Notes: generated by a model from the sequence alone, not told the origin. 52,691 nt of DNA from Octopus bimaculoides (GCF_001194135.2 NC_068984.1:131836833-131889523), one strand, 5' to 3'; numbered from the stretch's first letter, positions 11,750 to 25,154 are shown. Program-made: numbers and translations.

Positions 11750-14150
11750 GCATTTTGCCCGATCAATCCCCCAGCTGTGCATCGTGTATTTTATTCTCTT
11801 GATGTTGCGAGATACCAGGCCTTTGCGTTTCTTCTAGCAATAACGTCCTGTATTTCGAATGTTGTTATTGCGTGCTGTTGGTACTCTTCGCTTCACTGAC
11901 TGCCTCTGTTCGACCCACCTCTCTCTCCCTCACCGTCTCCATCCATCCTTTCTTTCTTCCTTCCTTCCTTCCTTCCTTTCCCCCCCACCCTCACTGTTTA
12001 ACTGATGCACGTCCAAGTGGTGGTGCCGGCAGTAGAATAACGGCTGTCCGCCTTACTGCGTGCATGCGCTGTATTCTGTAGTTTGTGCTTCTCTCTCCGG
12101 CTCTGCTGCGAGTGTATGTTAATCAAGTAGAGGAGGAAGTAGTAATGATTTATTCTAATCACATCACAATGCTCCAGTTGGTAAAGTTGTAGAAGTGGTT
12201 TACGTCTTGTTGAAACTATTTCTCTTCAAATTTACTGCTTCTCGGCCACCTAGCAAGTGTGAGTGTACGTAGCTTGTAAGTAAATAGTACCGTAGTTCGA
12301 GAACTTCATTCAGTGAGCTGCGGAAACTTGCTTGTAAGTAAGCTGGCCAACTCGGTAGAAAACAGTCGGTAGTAGTAGTAGCAGCGGTGGTGCTAGTAGT
12401 AGTAATAGTAGTAATCTTCTCAACTGCCCGCCCTGTGCAGCATGGCTGCAGGTTTTCGGGCTACGATTCCAGCCAATGCTTGTAGCAGGACGAATTACTC
12501 TCGGACAGCTGGCATACTACGCGCTATTATATTTAATTTAGCCACTAACGACGGATTTATAACTTGCAGTCGCTAAACCAAGCCGCCTGATCACATTAGT
12601 CAAATCAGTGCAAAGCAGCGGAACTAACACCACAAAGCGCTGGTTAGCTTATTGTTTGTTTGTTTTTTTCAATATACATACATACATACATATATATATA
12701 GATATATATATTTATATATATGGTATGTAATGAATATTCATGTATTCTGAAACCTACATCATACAAGACTTACCTGAACAGGAGTTAGGCCCAACGTGTT
12801 GAAAAATGCGAAAACGCAGTAATTTCGATAAAGTAAGTTTGTGATAATTTTATTCTTTTAGTTTTATTTAATATACCTTCCATGTGGGTCTTCATTCTTG
12901 CAGAGGTAGAGAGCTGAGTAACGGTTAAAAACAACATTGGGGTGTGAATGTGTGTGTGCGCCAGAGATAGTGAGGGTTGGAGAGTCTCTGTGTACGTAGC
13001 AGGCTAAAAAAAAATGTTTAGCGATCCAGTGTACTTTTACTGACTAAATACATGCAATTGATTAAAAATTCTGGTTTTAATTCTAAACAAAACTTCATCT
13101 GAGGTAGGTAATATCTTAGGTTTATTTTTTTTTAATCCCAATTTTTCATTTCTTCTTCATAATTGCGGCAATTTTCCAGCTGTTTCGTCTATCGAAGCAC
13201 CCTTCGCTAAACAACTTTTTACAACCGCTGTACTGACTTACAAGTATGGCTGGCACCATGTTTATCTATTAATGTTTGATTCGCTTCAATCAGACCAATT
13301 TCTACCGTGATACACGTATGCCTATCTTTACCTTACTCAATAAATTTTTTTTTAATTGGTTATAATTAGAGTAATTAATTATACATTTCCGTTTCTTGAG
13401 GGCCTGTTTGATTCTCAGTCCATTAACATAACATCAGATATTAAATTTATAAAAAAAAAAAGCAGCTTAAATCGTTTAGTAATATGCAAGTGATAAAGTA
13501 ATAGTTTATGAACGGTATTAATTTTTTTTGAACTTTTAATCTAATTCTTTGTCCAGGCAAAAACTTTGCTATTTTTGCTTTCTTAAATGTGCATTAAACT
13601 TTAGCGCTTTGGTATTGCTTTTTTTCTTCTTGTATTTATTTATCATTTTCAGTGACTAAGTGAAATGTGCTCATCATTACTGCTTATTTATCCAATTGTT
13701 ATGAAATTTTAAATCTTAAAATTACATCATTGTTTAAACTTTCTGATCTAACATCACTTACAACTTTGTTGTTAAAAACTTTTTGCTTTGTTACTTTTTC
13801 GTTCTAAACTGATAATAGCTGTTAAAAATGCAACCTTCGGCTCCTTTGCCTATCACCCTCCCTTTCCGCAGTTTGTGTCCAACATGTTGGTTAGAACATA
13901 GTCTCTAACCTGTTGAATGTAAAGCACGTGCGTTATGTTTGGACATGTGCATAAAGTATTTATATAACCTCTCAACGTCACAGACCACATGGTGATTACG
14001 TCATCGTGGCATTCCCCCATTCACTTACAGCCTCTCCGATGTTGATACCGCTACTTCGTAAAGCAACAATTTAACTTAACCCACCCCCCTCAAACTGCTT
14101 CCCTTCAATCATCACTCCGAGTCCTGTCGGGGCTTTTCCCCCCCCTCTTT
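11750..14150. promoter_or_regulatory. CpG-retaining, TE-poor region; probable promoter and first exon(s)
   Basis: Visibly more CG dinucleotides than 16.5-46 kb. Plus-strand GTAAGT donor-like sites at 12276, 12334 and 12833; minus-strand CAG|GTAAGT at 12776-12768; E-box CACGTG at 13925-13930; CRE-like TTACGTCA at 13996-14003. Inference only, no transcript data. Confidence 0.45.
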
Positions 14151-14605
14151 TGTTTTCCTTATTAAAAACAGTTACCTACTTTTCGATGTGCCTACATTCT
14201 TTCATTTATAACCAATAGTTATCATTCTAACATTATCGATCATGTTTCTAGTTAGTCAAGAAATTCAATATATTTCTAAGTTCCTTCTAAACATTTTTTT
14301 TTTAAGCTTGCGTCGTTGGTTCTTTAGCAATTACTTTCTAATTTGTTATATATATAGAAACGTTATTTAATGATAGAGACGTGCATGTATATATAACTAC
14401 GTTCAACAGAACCATTAACTTGTTCGTTTATAAAAATAACCCCAAGCCATTTAATGCTGTTTCGTCAAGTACAGAAGAATATATTATTGCGTCCTGTGTG
14501 TGTGTGTGTGTGTGTCCCGAAATTGTCAATATAAAACCCATTTTAATCTAAGGGAAATAACTCCATTTTATGCCATGTTTTTGTTTTCTTTTTCTTTTCA
14601 GTACC

Positions 14606-14653
<48 letters not shown>

Positions 14654-15479
14654 ATATTATATCTTTGTATAATTTAGTTTAATTTTTATTCTTAATAATC
14701 TCTGTGGTATTATCTTAATAGTTATCACTATTCACTATGTTTGTGGCTCTGGGAGCTAATTGAGAGCAAGTCCCAATAACATTTATATACAAATAGCCAT
14801 GGTTTAATTATACTAAATTCATCTTGAGTTTGATTCAACAAAAGTTTTAATAAGTCTTGTATATCCTCCCTACCAGTTCCGAGTAATAATAGACAGACAT
14901 ATTCTCTTGCATGGTAATATAAGTATGTAGGGATGTAGCTTAAGGGAGATAAATAAAGTCTCTTAGTCAGCAGTTATTACTGCTTGAACTATAATGTTAA
15001 CTGATACTGCAAATCTAATTTGGTCATTTGGGTTGTATCACTTTTTTTGGTTTTTTTAAATCGGAAATATATGACAACTTATTCAACGGCAATCCTCGAG
15101 AGTTTTTTCTCTTTTTGTAATCAGTTTTCTAAATTAAAATTTAGTTTTAACCATTGAATTTTAATATCTCTTTTGTGTGAGTGTGTATTCTTGTTAGTCT
15201 ACATTACATGCGCAAAGTACTGCAATGTTTAATCACTTAGCATCCAGTGTATTTTTTTCTAACGCGATTGTTTTTCGTTGAATTCTCCGTTTATTAATAA
15301 AATTGCTTTATCAACTATATTCTACATCATCAACGTGTAGCCGTCGTCCACATTCCACTGCGATTCTCATAGCTATTAACTATTACATTGTCGAATTGTT
15401 CACAATATCTTTATAATTAATTGTTACATATAGACAAACTCATGTCAAATATGTAGATGGTTTTAAAATATATAAAACT

Positions 15480-15900
15480 AGAGTAGCAGAGACAAGAGGT
15501 GGACATTGCAGTAATGGCTAGTATAGTCCTCAATGAAGCCATGCGTACCATCTCGCTATTCCACTGTTGTTTCAATAAATTTAATATCAAAAATAAGACA
15601 AAGGGCTGTAAATGCCAGTGGTTAAAAAGTACGATTAATAGATAACACTGATAGTTTGTTTTACTGATCTCGTTAGAACAACACAGACTTGGCGTGCAAC
15701 AAGCAAAAGAATCTACTACAGTGACATCCAAGAGTAGAAAGCGCCCCCTACTTCTCGGGCGCAAAAGTCGCACCATCTGGTCTTTTGGTAGGAGGTAAAA
15801 CCGACTGGCTCCAGAACAGATTTATTCATTGAGATAAATGAACAACGTTTCATTATTCTGTGGATCTTGCAAGTGCTTTCGAAAACAATTGGCATTTAAA
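15480..15900 (-). mobile_element. Relic of a CRE-like non-LTR retrotransposon (restriction-like endonuclease domain)
   Basis: Minus strand reads, with two frameshifts, IMKRCSFISMNKSVLEPVGF..KRPDGATFAP..SRGRFLLLDVTVVDSFA, matching the recalled LEP.GL...DGKRPDG.T..PW..G..L.WDVTV.DT.A RLE signature. Confidence 0.7.
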
Positions 15901-16081
15901 AAATGGCAGGGAAAGTTCATGTAATTTCAGCATAACTACAGATTGGTGCCTCCCACCAATTCGTTTTCTCATAACTTTTTGAAAAAAAAAAACGTAATTT
16001 TTTAAATAAAATTTTGTGCAGACCTGGTGTAGATTTGTGATTATGCTGATGAAATTTATAGAAAAAGGAAATTGTTTTTTT

Positions 16082-16111
16082 GGTGGTGGTGGTGGTGGTG
16101 GTGGTGGTGGT
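16082..16111. repeat. (GGT)n trinucleotide repeat
   Basis: About 10 perfect units. Confidence 0.95.
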
Positions 16112-16774
16112 GAGGGGACTTTCGGATAATTCGTCCCAACTCCCTCTCCCTATTTCGTTAACCACCAGTTTCTGTAACCTAAGCACTTTTTTCTTTTTTT
16201 TTTTTCTTTAGATTTATATTTCTAAATCATCGGCATTACATAATCTACACTCAAAAACCAAGTTTTTGCAAATTGTCGTTTAAAAATATGAATTTTATTG
16301 AGAGTTAGGAGGAAACAACCAGGAGATGCAAGTCAAAAGTTATTGTCATTCCAACGGCATTTGCATGAAGCATAGATATAGGTACACAATCTTAATGGCA
16401 CTTTTTTCATAATTTGTAACCATTCAATAAATTGTCAGTGTTACAAATCAACACTACATGTGTGGATAATATAAAGCATTTCACCTGTTGATTAGTTATT
16501 TTTTAACAATCTAATTTTGATGTTAACAAAATAGCATCCCATTCTTTCCTTAGTACTTTTTGTCTGAAAGCATCTTGTTCAGATTTGGCAACTCCTGTCA
16601 ATGCAAAAGAGGATGTGGTTCACTAAGTCCAAGAAGAATGGGCTAATGCCAAGAAACAGGGCATTAGATTTTTCTACAGATGTTGAGACCCAGTCTACCA
16701 TTATTCAGTGTTAAAGAGATTTTTATCGAGACAAGGTAGAAACTTCTTTACCTCTTTAGGTAGAGGCATGTCTG

Positions 16775-16918
16775 TGCAGTTAAATTGATTTCCAAACTCA
16801 TGGTTTTGGATTCTTGGTCAAGGTGCCATGTTGTGACTGCATGACACCTTGTGCCTTCTATTACAGCCCTAGGCAGACCAAAGCCTTGTAGTTGAATGTG
16901 GAAACTGAAAAAAGCTTA

Positions 16919-16920
<2 letters not shown>
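16775..16920 (+). mobile_element. SINE family A, decayed 5' part
   Basis: actcatggttttggattc..ctgcatgacaccttg..cttctattacagcc..gaccaaagccttgt..ggaaactgaaa. Confidence 0.7.
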
Positions 16921-16969
<49 letters not shown>

Positions 16970-18036
16970 TATTTAGCAGAGGCAACAGAGTGGCTTGTGG
17001 TCCAAGAATTTCATGCATTACCACTTATAACTTTGATAAGTGCCAGTGCACGAAACTCTCGGACCTTAAATCACTTTGTTGCTTCTGCTGAATATTAATG
17101 AAATGTCCATATATTCATATTTTGAGTTCTGTTTTTCTCGTTTGCATCACCATGCCTACATGTGTGTGTGTGTGCACATGCTGGCAGCTCTTCACAGAAA
17201 AGCCATCCAGCTTTGAAACTCACACAGATTCCATACAACATATTCAAAGTGGAGGTACAACTGATGGTAGTGTGTGATATGTATGTTGGCCTGGTAGAAC
17301 AAACAGGATAAATAGAGCTCAGTACATGAGTATTATATATTTATTTTTAATCAGCAGAAAATACAAAGTGACACAAGGGTTGGTAGTTTGATGCATGCTG
17401 CTTAACCACTCATGGATACACACACGCAGGGTTTTTGCTAACATGGAAAAAAAAACATGTTGAGTGAATGAATATTTGTGTGTGTATATGTGGTTATGAG
17501 ATCCAAGTTTGATCCCATTGAAAGGTATATTCTACTGCTGTCTTTCACTCAAGTGTTTTAAGAAAATGTGGACAAGTAGATCTCATGGGTATACCATACC
17601 AGTATATAACTTTATATAATGTGCATGTACAGGAGTCTTTGAAAGTTATTGCTTAAATTTAAATGAATGAGTGATTCACTTGAGTGGCCGAGACATACTC
17701 ATTTGACAATATTTTCAGGAGAGTCCAATGTGTGCATGAATATATGTTGGAGTCATCATCATCATATGTTTATTATGTGTGTACTTAGGTAGCAAAAGAA
17801 ACTTAGGAAAATGACTCTTGCTCTTTGAGTCATTTTAATTTTTTATGCCAATTAAAAGAATATATTCATGTATTGAGTTCTCTTTCTCCTGGTTGTTTTC
17901 CCCCAAACACATCATCTCTTTTTGGGTGTATGTGTGTGTATATATAGATATAATGGGCATGTATATTTTGTCTTTATTTCCATGCATTTCATAGTTTTTA
18001 AGTGTCAGTTTCTTTATCATTATATGCTGAAAGTGT

Positions 18037-18265
18037 TTAACCTTTAGCATTTGAACTGGCCATATCTGACACAAACATTCCACTTGTTTTATATTCAAAC
18101 TGGCCAGATCCAGCCTCTCACATCTACTCTATGATGTCATTCTGAAAAGAAACGAGAAACTACATCATCAAAATCTTAAAGCAGTAAGATAATGCATGAT
18201 TAATTCAAAGCAATATGCATAAGTAAGCATTAAATTTGACCGAGTAATCTGAACATGAGAGTTAA
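18037..18265 (+). mobile_element. piggyBac-type MITE, family M1
   Basis: TTAA-cctttagcattt...gtaatctgaacatgagag-TTAA; body shared with six other copies in the window. Confidence 0.85.
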
Positions 18266-19428
18266 GCAGCAGGACCATTTTTAATGGGGCCCACATTCTG
18301 GTCAAAACTATATTTCTATTTTATTGCCAACATTTTTCTCTGAAGATTAGTGTTCTGGATATCTTTGATTACTCTCAATGTACATAGTATTTACCGAGGG
18401 ACCCCTAATATAACTTTATCTAAACATGAGTTACATTCTAATTTATTTTCCTGGCTTTCTTTATTGCTAATTAATAAACAATTTGTTATTTATCCTGTAA
18501 AGTTAGTTACTTATGTTTGTTTGTATCAAAATTAACCAAAGAAATAAAGAAAAATGTCTATTGTCTTCCAACATCCTTGCTCAATCCCTTTTCCATGCTG
18601 GTATGTGTGGGGTGAGTTGTCACAGTGTCTTGCCACTTGTTGGGCTCAGTACAAAACCACCTGTTATATACACACACCTGATGGGTGCTCTCTATATCAC
18701 CAACCACTCTACAGCATAGATTCTTATCATGTCAGCAACGCTAGGAATGTTGTCTTGCTGCAGCACTAATGAGTTTCTACTACTTTGTGTCCTATTTCAT
18801 TCAGAGTTAGTGCTCTCCTAGATAGTTGTGGCATGAGGGAGTTCATGTAATTTATATTCATGTAAAACTGTGGAATAAAAGAAATAGAAATAAACCATAT
18901 TACATAGTTGAATTACATACAAGGGGCTTACATATCGGCTACATTTGATAATGTAGTTCTTTTTTACACTGGCTATGAAAAGTAGATGATGTGATAATGG
19001 ACAGACTACATTTCATTAAAGTTTTGCAGGATTAGAGCTGACCAGGGAAGCTACACAAATTCATCATCTGGTTGCACTGCTTGCATGGATTCCTGTGACT
19101 CTATATTCAGTTTAGCTCTTCTGTTGCCTCTTTACAATCTGCCATGTTGCAGTCCCATAACTTAGCCGTATCCCTGGCAGGATGGCTGAATGGATGCTAT
19201 GCATTGCCAAAGGGTAACATGTGACTATGCAGAACATGATCATCACTCCATGAGATATTTTCAAAATACCAGCATTCCCATAAAATCATAAAAATGTTTT
19301 TTTTTAATCCTAAACTAATTATCCCAAATTTGACTTGATTGTTTCATTAATGTTTTACTAATTGTATCATCTTTGTAATATTTCTAAATTTTCCGCTTTT
19401 TTCCCTTTCTCTCTCTTTTGTTTTTTAG

Positions 19429-19516
19429 CTGAAAATGGTCCACAGCTCATGTTGGATATTTCTCAATCATCTCCAATGGCTGGTTCCTTTGGATTGTTAC
19501 ATAACTAATACACCTG
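19429..19516 (+). other. Candidate 88-nt internal leader exon of the zinc-finger gene
   Basis: Very strong acceptor (ttttccctttctctctcttttgttttttag|ctg) and donor cctg|gtaaat in non-repetitive sequence. Confidence 0.45.
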
Positions 19517-19582
19517 GTAAATATAAATTCGTTTTTTTCTTAAACACTCTTTTATGAATTAGGTAAAGTTTTTCACTTAGAA

Positions 19583-19912
19583 CAGTGATTCTCAACTTGG
19601 CTTCATGTGACCCCCTTGTATATAAGATTTAGTGGGGCCCACATAAGCAAAATAGTAAATTGGGTTCACAGTAGTATTTTATGGGTTCAGGAACAAATTT
19701 TGCTTTATTTATATGAATATTTATTGCAAGAAACAACTAGGTTTCTTTCTCTGACAGTTTACATAGTTCAGTCTATGCAAGTTAATGTGTGATAAACAAA
19801 GTAGGAATTTTGAAAGAAGTATCTATAAAACTTGTCTTTAAACATCAAATGGCTAGTGAGGGTGAGGTAGGGATGTCCAGCAGCGTAAAAGAGTAATCAG
19901 AGGGATCCACTG
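19583..19912. mobile_element. Non-autonomous hAT (Charlie-like) element with 8-bp TSD
   Basis: Starts CAGTGATTCTCAAC and ends ..CCACTG. Identical ACTTAGAA at 19575-19582 and 19913-19920. Confidence 0.8.
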
Positions 19913-20128
19913 ACTTAGAATATTTAATTTTCTTCACCTGTAAATTAAGCAATTTTATCAATTCAGTGAATATTCCAATTATTTGCAGCTTGAAGAGTTA
20001 GGTTTTTTTTTCTTTTTCTATTTACATTTTTATCATATAACTTTATTTTCTCTAATTAAGCTAATCAAAATTGACATTTTTTTGTTAGCCTAAGAATATT
20101 TCTTTAGATGTTCATGAACCTTTAGTAA

Positions 20129-22070
20129 CATCATCGCCTTTATATCTGGTTTTCTATGCCCATATGAGTTAAACAGGTCTCCCCTCCAGCACAATATCTT
20201 GCCACTTATCATGGTCGCTTACCATCTCCATGAAATTCTGCATCCTGAGATTAGCTTTAATCACTTGTCAGTATTTTCATACCTTCCACTTGTACCATTT
20301 GCCCAAATGTCATCGCCTGTGTGCCTCATATATCTATACCAGTGCAACTACCTCTCTTGTACACCTTATTTGATTCCTCTTACACCATTTTTTTCTCTTA
20401 CTTCATTTGTGCTCTATAGTTCATGCACACTTACATATCACGTGGAGCATGCTTGCTACATTTATTTCCAGGCTTTGTGTCTCCTTCCACAGTAAGTGCC
20501 TTATTACCATGCAACATCGCTTCATAGACAAATGTCAGACAATATAGTCTTGGTGAGAGAATCCCTTTGTAGTCAACAGCTAGTAACTCCCTAAACTTTT
20601 CCCATCCCATTCTTACTGTTGCTACTGAGATTTCAGAACACCCACCTTCACTATTGATAAGGTTACCCAAGTAACATCTTTGGCACCTTCCAAGACTTTA
20701 CAAGAACTTTGTTGGTGCTCTGACTGCTAACTATTCTTGATGATTACTCACATAGGCAGTCTTATCTCCATATCAGCTTACCCTGTCGTTTCACTCCTGT
20801 GCACCAATAGTTTACATTGTGTGCATGAACAGAATTCCTACCTACTGTTTTTCTGGTTATTGGACATGGCTATAGAATTCTGTCTCTCTTCCTCTCAAAT
20901 TAATTTACTCGTTGTGGACCTCCTCAACAAGATCTACGAATACATCCACACATGTGCTCTCACTATGTCATAAGTAGCATGGATGTAATATTGCTACATC
21001 CATCCATGAGATAGACTTTTGCTTCTGAGAAAATGTGTGGAGTTTTGTGATAGTAATGTGATGTTCAACAATGTCATTGTTGATGAACCAGGTTGCCTCC
21101 TAGCTCTCACTTTTACCAAAGAATAGTGTACAACTGGACACAAACTTAAAACGTTTTTCCTAGGTTTACTATTAGGTCTCTCAAATCTAAGTTTTATTTC
21201 CATGTTAGGAATTTCTTCTCTGTGTCTGAGACAAATTCAGCCATGAGAACTTGGACATGAGCTTGCATTATCTGATTTTTCTACTCTTTTATGTCCTGGA
21301 GAACTATAATAAACAGGTGGGGATGAGTACCAAGACTTTTTCTGTTCCTTTCTTGGTCCATTAGTTTGATGATTCTGTAGTAACTGCCTTTATACTTGTC
21401 ATGCGTTAATGATGACACTGCTATGCTAGTACGTCCTTACATATGCTCTACTTCAGATATTTTCACCATCCCAGTAATTATTTCTGTTGTCCAGCTGCTT
21501 GTCAGGGCATCATATCTTCGACCCTTTAGCATTCAGATTACCTTGTCAAATGTAATGCTTATATTCATGTTGTTTTGAATTAATCATGCATTATCTCAAG
21601 GTTTCGAGATTTTCATAATGTGATTGTTCATTTTTAGAATGACATTGTAGGTTAAGTGTGAGGGGCTGGATATGGCCAGTTTGAATGTTAAAGTATTAAT
21701 CAAGTTTTCAAGTATGCATTTATTAGGAATTGTCCCTTGGTGTAGTTCCTCTCTCCCATGCATTCTCCACTTTCAGGAACCTCTCATAATACCATTTCCA
21801 AGCATCTTCTTATGTTAGTGAGGATAAGTGAGCTACTCATGATCGTGTTGGCACACAGCTTTGCAATCATAAGTACCTCTGATCCTGTCACCATAGAATA
21901 TTGCTTACCTTCTGCTTCTTTCTGTTTCATATACCTAACACCTTCACTTCTGATATTATTTATTGTTCCCTCTAATCTTTCCAGACCTGTCTCTTCACTG
22001 TTATGGCTTCAACTACTGTACCAATCCACTACTATGTCACATACCTGTGTGTCTGGTAACCTTACCCCAG
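20129..22070 (-). mobile_element. Decayed RTE-type LINE (RT region to 3' tail), interrupted by an M1 MITE
   Basis: Minus-strand remnants: AWKWYYERFLKVENAW; KYKGSYYRIIKLMDQ; GNLINSEGGCSEISVATVRMGWEKFRELL..MLHG. Ends in a catagaaaaccagatataaaggcgatgatg tail like family C. Confidence 0.85.
21518..21699 (-). mobile_element. piggyBac-type MITE M1 nested in the RTE relic (internal deletion)
   Basis: accctttagcattcagattacc...ggatatggccagtttgaatgttaaagtaTTAA. Confidence 0.85.
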
Positions 22071-23149
22071 TCACGGATCTAACTTGTGTAGTATGGGGTT
22101 TAGGTCGTTTATGTCTATCTATGCTTGTGTGTATAATTTAACACAGGCAACTGAACCTCAGCTTCAACATGTGGCCAGTATTATTTGAGTATACAAATCT
22201 ATACAAAACTAATGGTTGTTACAAGGTAGCTTTCTTTGTCATTTGTCAGCATGGGTGTTCATGGTATTTGGGGACCTCCAAGTTATGGGAGGGGAGGTAA
22301 CTCTCAAGGAATTAGGCATCAAGAAAAAATATTCAGATGCATGTACTTTATGCACATTGATGCACACACACATCTGCATGTGTGCTCACAAGTGTAGGCT
22401 AATACAGGCATATATACAGAAGATCTATACATATACTTATGATATCCATGTGCAATTACTAAATGCTGTATGCAATAAATTACTGAAATTTTGTTTGCAA
22501 TCCAGTGGTAATTGTTAGTAGGCTCAAAGGGAAGGGGAAATAATTTACCAAAATTAAGAATTTTTAAAGTTAATCCTCATGCTTTAAGGAAAGGGCTGTC
22601 TGATCTTTGTGGGCAAGGGAAAATACAGACATAGTACAAGGCTGATGAGGTCAAACAAACTGAAACTTAATTAGTTGAACCTGCTATTTAGTAGTTTTTA
22701 CCTAGCAAAGAAATGAATATGATTTTTTCTATAAGGAAAATTTGGATAATTAAATTAAAGCACTAAGTGGGGAAATAACTCAAAAGGAGTCCAATGGTAT
22801 GAATTTTACAATTGAGTTAAACTGCAATATGCTTGAGTGGTGTATGAAATACTTAATTCATTGATGTCTTTCTAAGCTTACAAAAGGAAATTAGTCTAAT
22901 GGCAATTGTTAGTAACATGCAAGGGGAGGGGGGAATTTCAAAATTTAAAGAGTCAATTTGGTAAAGGGACATTGGTTTCTGCTTGGAGGCAAGGGACAAT
23001 TATTGACATATATGTTTTAGATTTCACTTATTATTAAGAACCACATACATAACATCAATCATCTGATCAAAGATTATCAGAAGTTAAAATCTATCATTGT
23101 GCAGAATTTGTTGGAAGATCTATGCATAACAAAAAAAAAAAAAAAATGG

Positions 23150-23720
23150 GAAAGGAAACTACCTCTGCCTGGTGGAGGATAATCTGCTGGGCAACACAGA
23201 AGACACCATACCATCTACACATTTCACAATATGACTGGAAATCATCTTCATACTACCAAGATAGAAGATTCAAGAAATATCAGCAGAAACAATGTACATT
23301 ATCTCAGAATCACTGATGACATTATATAGATAACAAGATAGTCTAGAAGAGACAGAAAATGCTGAGAAAGAGAATTGTGTAATGCAAGAAAGACCTCCAG
23401 ACTGAAGATACAAATAATGGAAAAAAATGAAGTAATAGAATTAGTTGAAAATAACATATATAAAAGAATAAGTGCGAAGTGAGCAATAACAGAAAAAGAC
23501 ATTGGAGAAGAGATTATTGCCAGAACAAGTACAGCAGGGTTACGAGGTCAAACCTTCCAGTCTATCCCAACAGAAAAATCTTTTGGGGTTTGGCATATTG
23601 ACTGGTATTTTTATTGCTGTAAATAAAAGAAAATGGGACATGAGCAGCCATATCATTCAGAATAATAGATTAATTGTTGGTTAAAATTCATGGAATGGTG
23701 ACCAATGACAGAAATGAAAA
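23150..23720 (+). mobile_element. Heavily deleted LINE RT relic (RTE-like)
   Basis: Remnants ISQYDWKSS and RISAK*AITEKDIGEEIIARTSTA, resembling IP.DW.S and I...G...EI.ARI..A. Confidence 0.45.
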
Positions 23721-25154
23721 AATAAGGAAATCCACAAACGAGATGGCATGACAAAATGGGTCACACAGAAAAAAAAACTGCTAAATTTTACAATGTTGTT
23801 TCTGCAGCAATACAATCATCCATCTACGTAGTAGTCTTTGTTACAAAGTCTAATGGTTTTCAGGTCTGCTGCTTGATGTCAAATCTCTTGTCCTTCAGAA
23901 TAAAAATTGACAAGAGTAAAACTAATTGTTAATCGGCCCCTTTAAACTAAATTTTCTTTATGATGTAATGCATTAACTTATTGAGTGGATTTTGTAATCT
24001 CTCTATGACAGTCATTATTGCTTAATATGAAAATGTAGATTACTTAATAATTGTGTAGCAACAGTTTACAGTATATCTGGCAGTTATTTTTGGTATAGAT
24101 CAGATAAAACTGCATCTTAATTATTACGCACTTAGAACTTGTTGGGAAAATACTGTTACTTGCTTGTATTCTGATGTCATAACATGATGCATACCTATTA
24201 AGATGATGCAACAATACAGAGAAATGTTGTAAAGTAAATGATGTATTCATCACCTTTTACAAATGCCAAATTTTATATAAACTTTGATGGCTTCGACCTA
24301 CCTTTTAAATATTTTACACAGCTTATTTTTTTTTGTGGATTGGAACATTTTGAAAAGGGCAAAAACCAATCAAGTGTGTGTGCATACATTCAAACACACA
24401 CATTTATTATTATCCGTAACCTGCTGATAGCTGAATGTGGCTGTTTATATGGAATGCTAATAGCCATATCAGAAGTTTTGGTAATGAATTATCTCCACCA
24501 CTAGTTATTGTGTTCATTCACTGTTGTTCAATAGTTGAGATCAATTGGGTCTTGAATGAGTTTTTGCTAAAGCCAGTATGTGTTGTGTTATTCATGTCTG
24601 AAGCATTTACTCTATAAATCAGATCCCACTCAAGCCAGTTATGGTTGAGGAAACAATTGCTTCTTTCTACAGTTGCAATCTTGCTGATATTATTTGGTCT
24701 AATATTTCTAGCTACTTTATTGTAATTGAATATCTTGGCCCTTATATTATGTAAACAACCATAACTTCAACAGAACTCTTATTATAGATTCTGTCTGTGA
24801 AATGCAGGAAGTAAGTTTTTATTGAGACTAAGAGACACCTAACTGCATTTGTATCCATGTTCATGCTGCATAGTGGTACAAGCAGTGTCATTTTCTTGTT
24901 CTAACATTTAGTGAGTTTAGCTAAAGGTGTTTTTAAATAATGTATTTTGTTCCACAAACCAGATCTTCTCAATGCACTCTGATATTTCATCATGACACCA
25001 TTTGTCCTGACTAAAGTGTTACCTGTCAGTGTTAAGAGTTTCTGCTTTTCCAGTACAGGGTTTCCTTCATTGTATGAATTTCTACTTTGCCCTCATAAAC
25101 AAGTTACCTTCAGTATAATATAACTAAAAGAGAATAAATACTGTTTAAAGGATA

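Noticed and set aside
12766-12780. ACTTACCTG resembling the U1 snRNA 5' end
   Set aside because: No U1 body follows; better read as a minus-strand splice donor.
22642-22676. CUGAUGA...GAAA second hammerhead-like core
   Set aside because: Stem II is only 2-3 weak pairs, and no stem I forms adjacent to the core.
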